Below are positions 59,685-64,000 of a stretch of 64,000 nucleotides of DNA, piece by piece. The DNA is from an uncultured candidate division Zixibacteria bacterium. GTDB lineage: Bacteria; Zixibacteria; MSB-5A5; GN15; FEB-12. Location of the stretch: assembly GCA_963806185.1 (NCBI GenBank), contig CAWDXE010000001.1:576001-640000 (forward strand). Direction: 5' to 3'. Made by a program: the position numbers and the translations under genes. The notes below the pieces were generated by a model, which did not search any database, had not been told where the DNA came from, and saw only the letters and a list, made by a program, of their open reading frames with translations. How positions within the stretch are numbered: the stretch's first letter is position 1; each line of letters starts with the position of its first letter.

Positions 59685-61788
59685 ATGGAGACAAAAGTAG
59701 AAGTAACATCGATGAAATCGCTTATATGGCCGGCAGTTGGTGACGCCTTTCGCAAATTGAACCCTCGCGTGCAATGGCGCAATCCGGTGATGTTTGTGAC
59801 CGAGGTAGGCGCGGTTGCGACCACGATTTCGTTTTTCTGGGGCATCGCCCACGGACAATACTCCGGGTTTGACCTGCAGATCAGCCTTTGGCTGTGGTTC
59901 ACCGTGGTATTCGCCAATTTTGCGGAATCGATAGCCGAAGGCAGAGGCAAGGCGCAGGCTGAAAGCCTCAAAAGAGGTCGTTCTCAGGTGATGGCTCGCT
60001 TGATCGGCCGAAACGGAACGGCCAAGGTAGCGCCGGCAGAGACGCTGAATCTTGGCGACCGTGTGATATGCGAGACCGGCGACATAATCCCTGCCGACGG
60101 CGAAGTCGTGGAAGGCATCGCATCAGTCGATGAATCAGCGATCACGGGCGAATCGGCGCCGGTTATCCGTGAGAGCGGCGGCGATCGCAGCGCTGTCACC
60201 GGCGGAACAAAGGTAATCAGCGATCGCATCATCGTTCAGGTGACGGCGCAACCTGGTCACGGTTTCGTCGACCGCATGATCGCCCTCATAGAGGGCGCCA
60301 AGCGCCAGAAGACGCCCAACGAGATCGCCCTGAGTATTGTACTCGCCGGCTTGACAATCGTATTTCTAATCACGGTCGCGACGTTGAAATTCTTCGCCGA
60401 CTACAGCGGGACGGCATCGCACCAGGATCTATCGACGATTGTGACGATTCCAGTACTTGTGGCGCTGCTGGTCTGTCTCATCCCCACCACTATTGGCGGT
60501 CTTCTGAGCGCGATCGGGATTGCCGGCATTGACCGGCTCATTCGTCGAAACGTGATTGCCACAAGCGGCCGGGCGGTCGAGGCGGCCGGCGATATCGACG
60601 TGCTTCTGATGGACAAGACCGGAACCATCACTCTGGGAAACCGAATGGCCACCGAATTTCACCCGGCACCTTTCGTTACCGCGCACCAGCTGGCGGAAAG
60701 CGCACAACTGGCATCGCTTTCCGACGAGACGCCGGAGGGACGATCAATCGTCGTGCTCGCCAAAGAGAAATTCGGGCTAAGCGCACAGACCTTAACCCCG
60801 CACGACGCGCGTTTCGTCCCATTTTCCGCGGCCACACGTATGAGTGGGATCGATATACACGACACTGACAACGGCGAAATGCACATGTGCATTCGCAAAG
60901 GGGCTTTGGACGCAATCCAAGTGCTATCTCGAAAGAGCCGGCAGCACAATGCCGGCAGAAGTCGTCGCAGCGGCTGAGTCAATAGCGCGCTCGGGTGGGA
61001 CTCCGCTCGCGGTAGCAAGCGATTCACAAGTACTCGGTGTCATTCATCTGAAAGATGTCGTCAAGGGCGGCATTCGGGAACGCTTTGCCGAAATGCGGCG
61101 CATGGGTATTCGAACGGTAATGATCACCGGCGACAATCCGCTTACCGCCGCGGCGATCGCCGCCGAGGCCGGTGTCGATGACTTTCTGCCCCAGGCGACG
61201 CCCGAGATGAAACTGCAGCGTATCCGCGACGAACAGAAGGCGGGCCATCTCGTTGCTATGACCGGCGACGGCACCAATGACGCCCCGGCGCTGGCGCAAG
61301 CCGATGTCGGCGTGGCCATGAACACCGGCACACAGGCGGCACGCGAGGCCGGCAACATGGTCGACCTGGACAGCAACCCAACCAAGCTGATCGATGTGGT
61401 CGAGACGGGCAAGCAGATGCTCATGACGCGCGGCGCGCTGACGACATTCAGCATCGCCAATGACGTGGCCAAGTACTTCGCTATTATTCCGGCGATGTTT
61501 GCGTCACTTTACGCAAGCGCCGGATCGCAAGCCGGACCGTTGGCGGCACTTAACGTCATGCGACTGGCGTCTCCGCAGAGCGCAATACTGAGCGCCGTCA
61601 TCTTTAACGCGCTCATTATCATCGCCTTGGTTCCGTTGGCACTGCGCGGCGTGAAGTACCGAGCCGAGGGCGCATCGGCGGTGCTTCGGAGAAACATCTT
61701 TATCTACGGGTTTGGCGGCCTGATTGCACCATTTGTAGGCATTAAACTAATCGATATGCTGGTGACTGCGCTCGGGTTTGCCGGGTAG
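59685..61788 (+). CDS. kdpB: K+-transporting ATPase subunit B, frameshift near 60918
   Basis: NPVMF, TGES, DKTGT, MITGDN and [10 protein letters not shown]. The two ORFs rejoin on removing one C from ATCCAAG. Confidence 0.96.
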
Positions 61789-61797
61789 GAGACAAAC

Positions 61798-62361
61798 ATG
61801 AAGATCATCTTACAATCGATTCGAATTCTCCTGGTATTTACAGTTCTCACAGGCCTGTTGTACCCTCTGGCCATGACAGGCCTCGCACAGTTGATCATGC
61901 CCGTGAAGGCTAATGGCAGCATGGTCACCCGCAATGGCCAGCTTGTTGGATCAGAGTTGGTCGGTCAGACATTCGCGCTGGACAAGTACTTTTGGCCGCG
62001 ACCGTCAGCCGTAGGATACAATCCAGTGCCTTCCGGGGGAACGAACCTGGGCCCGACCAGTTCGACGCTCAGGGATTCAGTTGCGGCACGAGCGGCGAGG
62101 TTCAGTATGCCGGTTGGTGTTATCCCGCCGGATTTGCTCGAAGCGTCCGGAAGCGGCCTGGATCCACACATCAGCCCGGAAGCTGCACTATTCCAAGCCG
62201 ATAGAGTTGCCGCGGCGCGATCCATCGAAAGAGCGGATATGGACAAGCTGGTATCCCTAATGACTCACCTGACCGAACCGCCGCAATGGGGCATTTTTGG
62301 CCAACCGCGCATAAACGTCCTGCGACTAAATCTGGCGTTGGACTCAGTGTTTAGCAGATAG
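61798..62361 (+). CDS. kdpC: K+-transporting ATPase subunit C
   Basis: ANGS, GSELVGQ, YFWPRPSA, SGSGLDPHIS and INVLRLNLALD. Confidence 0.97.
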   Translation: MKIILQSIRILLVFTVLTGLLYPLAMTGLAQLIMPVKANGSMVTRNGQLVGSELVGQTFALDKYFWPRPSAVGYNPVPSGGTNLGPTSSTLRDSVAARAARFSMPVGVIPPDLLEASGSGLDPHISPEAALFQADRVAAARSIERADMDKLVSLMTHLTEPPQWGIFGQPRINVLRLNLALDSVFSR

Positions 62362-62372
62362 TATGTTGCGGT

Positions 62373-64000
62373 ATGCAATCTGACGATCGCCCGGATCCCG
62401 ACCAACTCCTGAGGGCGCTTTCTCGAAACGACACTGAGCGCCCCACTGGAAATCTTCATGTTTTCTTCGGCATGGCCGCCGGCGTTGGAAAAACGTATGC
62501 GATGCTCGAAGCGGCACGAGCCCGCGCAGCTGACGGCACTGACGTGGTGGTTGGCTTGGTGGAGACTCACGGCCGAGCCGAGACCGAACGCCTCCTGCAA
62601 GGGCTGACGGTCATTCCCCGCAGGAAGACTACCTACCGAGATGTCGAACTCGCCGAAATGGACATCGATGCAATACTGGCTCGAAGGCCGCAACTGGCGT
62701 TAGTCGATGAGTTAGCTCACACGAACGTCCCGGGATCGCGCCATCCGAAGCGGTGGCAGGATGTCGTGGAATTGCTCGACGCCGGGATCGACGTGTTCAC
62801 CACCTTGAACGTACAACACGTTGAATCGCGCAAGGATTCCGTGCAAACCATCGCCGGTATTACCATTCGTGAATGCGTTCCCGATCAGCTACTCGAGCGT
62901 GCGGCCCAAATCGAATTGGTCGATATCACACCGGGTGACCTCCTGAAGCGACTAAGAGAAGGCAAAGTCTACCTGGGCGACAAAGCAGATACGGCCGCCG
63001 CCAATTTCTTCAAAGAAGATCGCCTTACGGCGCTACGGGAGTTGTCGCTTCGTTTGACCGCCGAACTGGTCGACAACGCGCTGCATGACATGATGCTCAC
63101 CCAAAGCGGGTCTGCGCGCTGGAAACCCACGGAGCGATTGATGGTCGCGGTGAGTCATAGCCCGTTCTCCGAGGGGCTCATCCGGGCGACCCGGAGAATC
63201 GCCTTCAGTTTGAGCGCGCCGTGGATCGCGGTGAACGTCAACACCGGTGCGATTCTGAGTGATGCAGATCGAGCAACCCTCGCCCGCAATCTTCGGCTGG
63301 TTACTGAGTTGGGTGGCGAACTGGTGTCGACGAGCGATTCTGATATTTCATTAGCGCTTCGACGTGTTGCCGATCAGCGACGCGTCACGCAGCTCGTCAT
63401 AGGTCGCCCTACTTGGCGCTGGCGCGACCTCCTCTCAGGCGGAAGCATTCTCGATCGCCTGGCCCGCCAAGAAGCGCCCTACGATATCTTAGTCCTCCAG
63501 CCAAACAGTCAGGAGATAACACCCGGTCAGACCCGTTCCAATCCACCAGTGAAGTCGTTTCGCCCCGGTCCCTACTATATCGCCGTGGGGACGGTCATAG
63601 CGGTGGCGCTCATTAACGGTCTGCTCTTCGGCGTTATCGGGTATAAGGCCGTCGGGTTTGTCTTTCTCCTGTCGGTGCTCTTGCTGAGTTTGGTTGTACC
63701 CGTCGGAGCTGTCACCACAGGCGCCCTGCTGAGCGCGCTCATCTGGGACTACTTCTTCATTCCGCCGCGCGGGACGATGCATATCTCGTCACCGGAAGAT
63801 GTCATGATGGTAGTATCGTACATCGTCGCGGCGCTTGTACCGGGAAGCCTAACATACCGTTTGCGCACTCGCGAGCGGCTTATTCGAGAGCGCGAAGCGC
63901 GCACCGGTCTGCTTTATGATCTGGCCAAGAATCTTGTCGCCCAACCGAACATGGCCTCCGCACTCGAAAGTCTCTCCCAACGTTTGGGTACCCTTCTACA
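62373..64000 (+). CDS. kdpD: Sensor histidine kinase KdpD, partial (runs off the right edge)
   Basis: Manual translation gives MQSDDRPDPDQLL...FFGMAAGVGKTYAML, VETHGR, LVDELAHTN and RHPKRWQDV, then Usp-like and TM regions. Confidence 0.95.
   Translation, partial: MQSDDRPDPDQLLRALSRNDTERPTGNLHVFFGMAAGVGKTYAMLEAARARAADGTDVVVGLVETHGRAETERLLQGLTVIPRRKTTYRDVELAEMDIDAILARRPQLALVDELAHTNVPGSRHPKRWQDVVELLDAGIDVFTTLNVQHVESRKDSVQTIAGITIRECVPDQLLERAAQIELVDITPGDLLKRLREGKVYLGDKADTAAANFFKEDRLTALRELSLRLTAELVDNALHDMMLTQSGSARWKPTERLMVAVSHSPFSEGLIRATRRIAFSLSAPWIAVNVNTGAILSDADRATLARNLRLVTELGGELVSTSDSDISLALRRVADQRRVTQLVIGRPTWRWRDLLSGGSILDRLARQEAPYDILVLQPNSQEITPGQTRSNPPVKSFRPGPYYIAVGTVIAVALINGLLFGVIGYKAVGFVFLLSVLLLSLVVPVGAVTTGALLSALIWDYFFIPPRGTMHISSPEDVMMVVSYIVAALVPGSLTYRLRTRERLIREREARTGLLYDLAKNLVAQPNMASALESLSQRLGTLL

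Overview
A bacterial chromosomal window, GC-rich by eye. An FCB-group origin (Zixibacteria-like) is inferred from a QNYPNPFNP-type C-terminal sorting domain, a group II GGGP synthase and a DUF3098 gene. Most content is housekeeping: tRNA-Leu-tig-clpP-clpX, eno, a compact classical menaquinone operon (menG-F-D-H-B-A-C-E), recX-alaS-GGGPS-gmhA-like-O-antigen ligase, tRNA-Val and tRNA-Asp, and a porin-kdpFABC-kdpD potassium locus running off the right edge. An accessory segment at about 1.3-5.2 kb holds a DUF4062 gene and a 5'-truncated Rhs toxin with a double-CxxC immunity gene. Seven genes, including essential alaS, are split by single-base indels, which most likely reflect sequencing or assembly error. 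The best candidates for new biology are: (1) a SLOG/DprA-like plus ADP-ribosyltransferase-fold (AbiGi-like) fusion protein transcribed back-to-back with rtcB; (2) a zinc-ribbon variant of the bL38/DUF4295-like small protein, ending an operon headed by a tandem-MshEN DUF4388 protein; (3) a DksA-type zinc finger fused to a PP2C phosphatase; (4) a GGGPS translationally coupled to a catalytically degenerate GmhA paralog and a WaaL-like protein; (5) recurrent leaderless-type promoters. No CRISPR array, rRNA, integrase or transposase was seen. All family assignments are by-eye motif recognition, not database searches.
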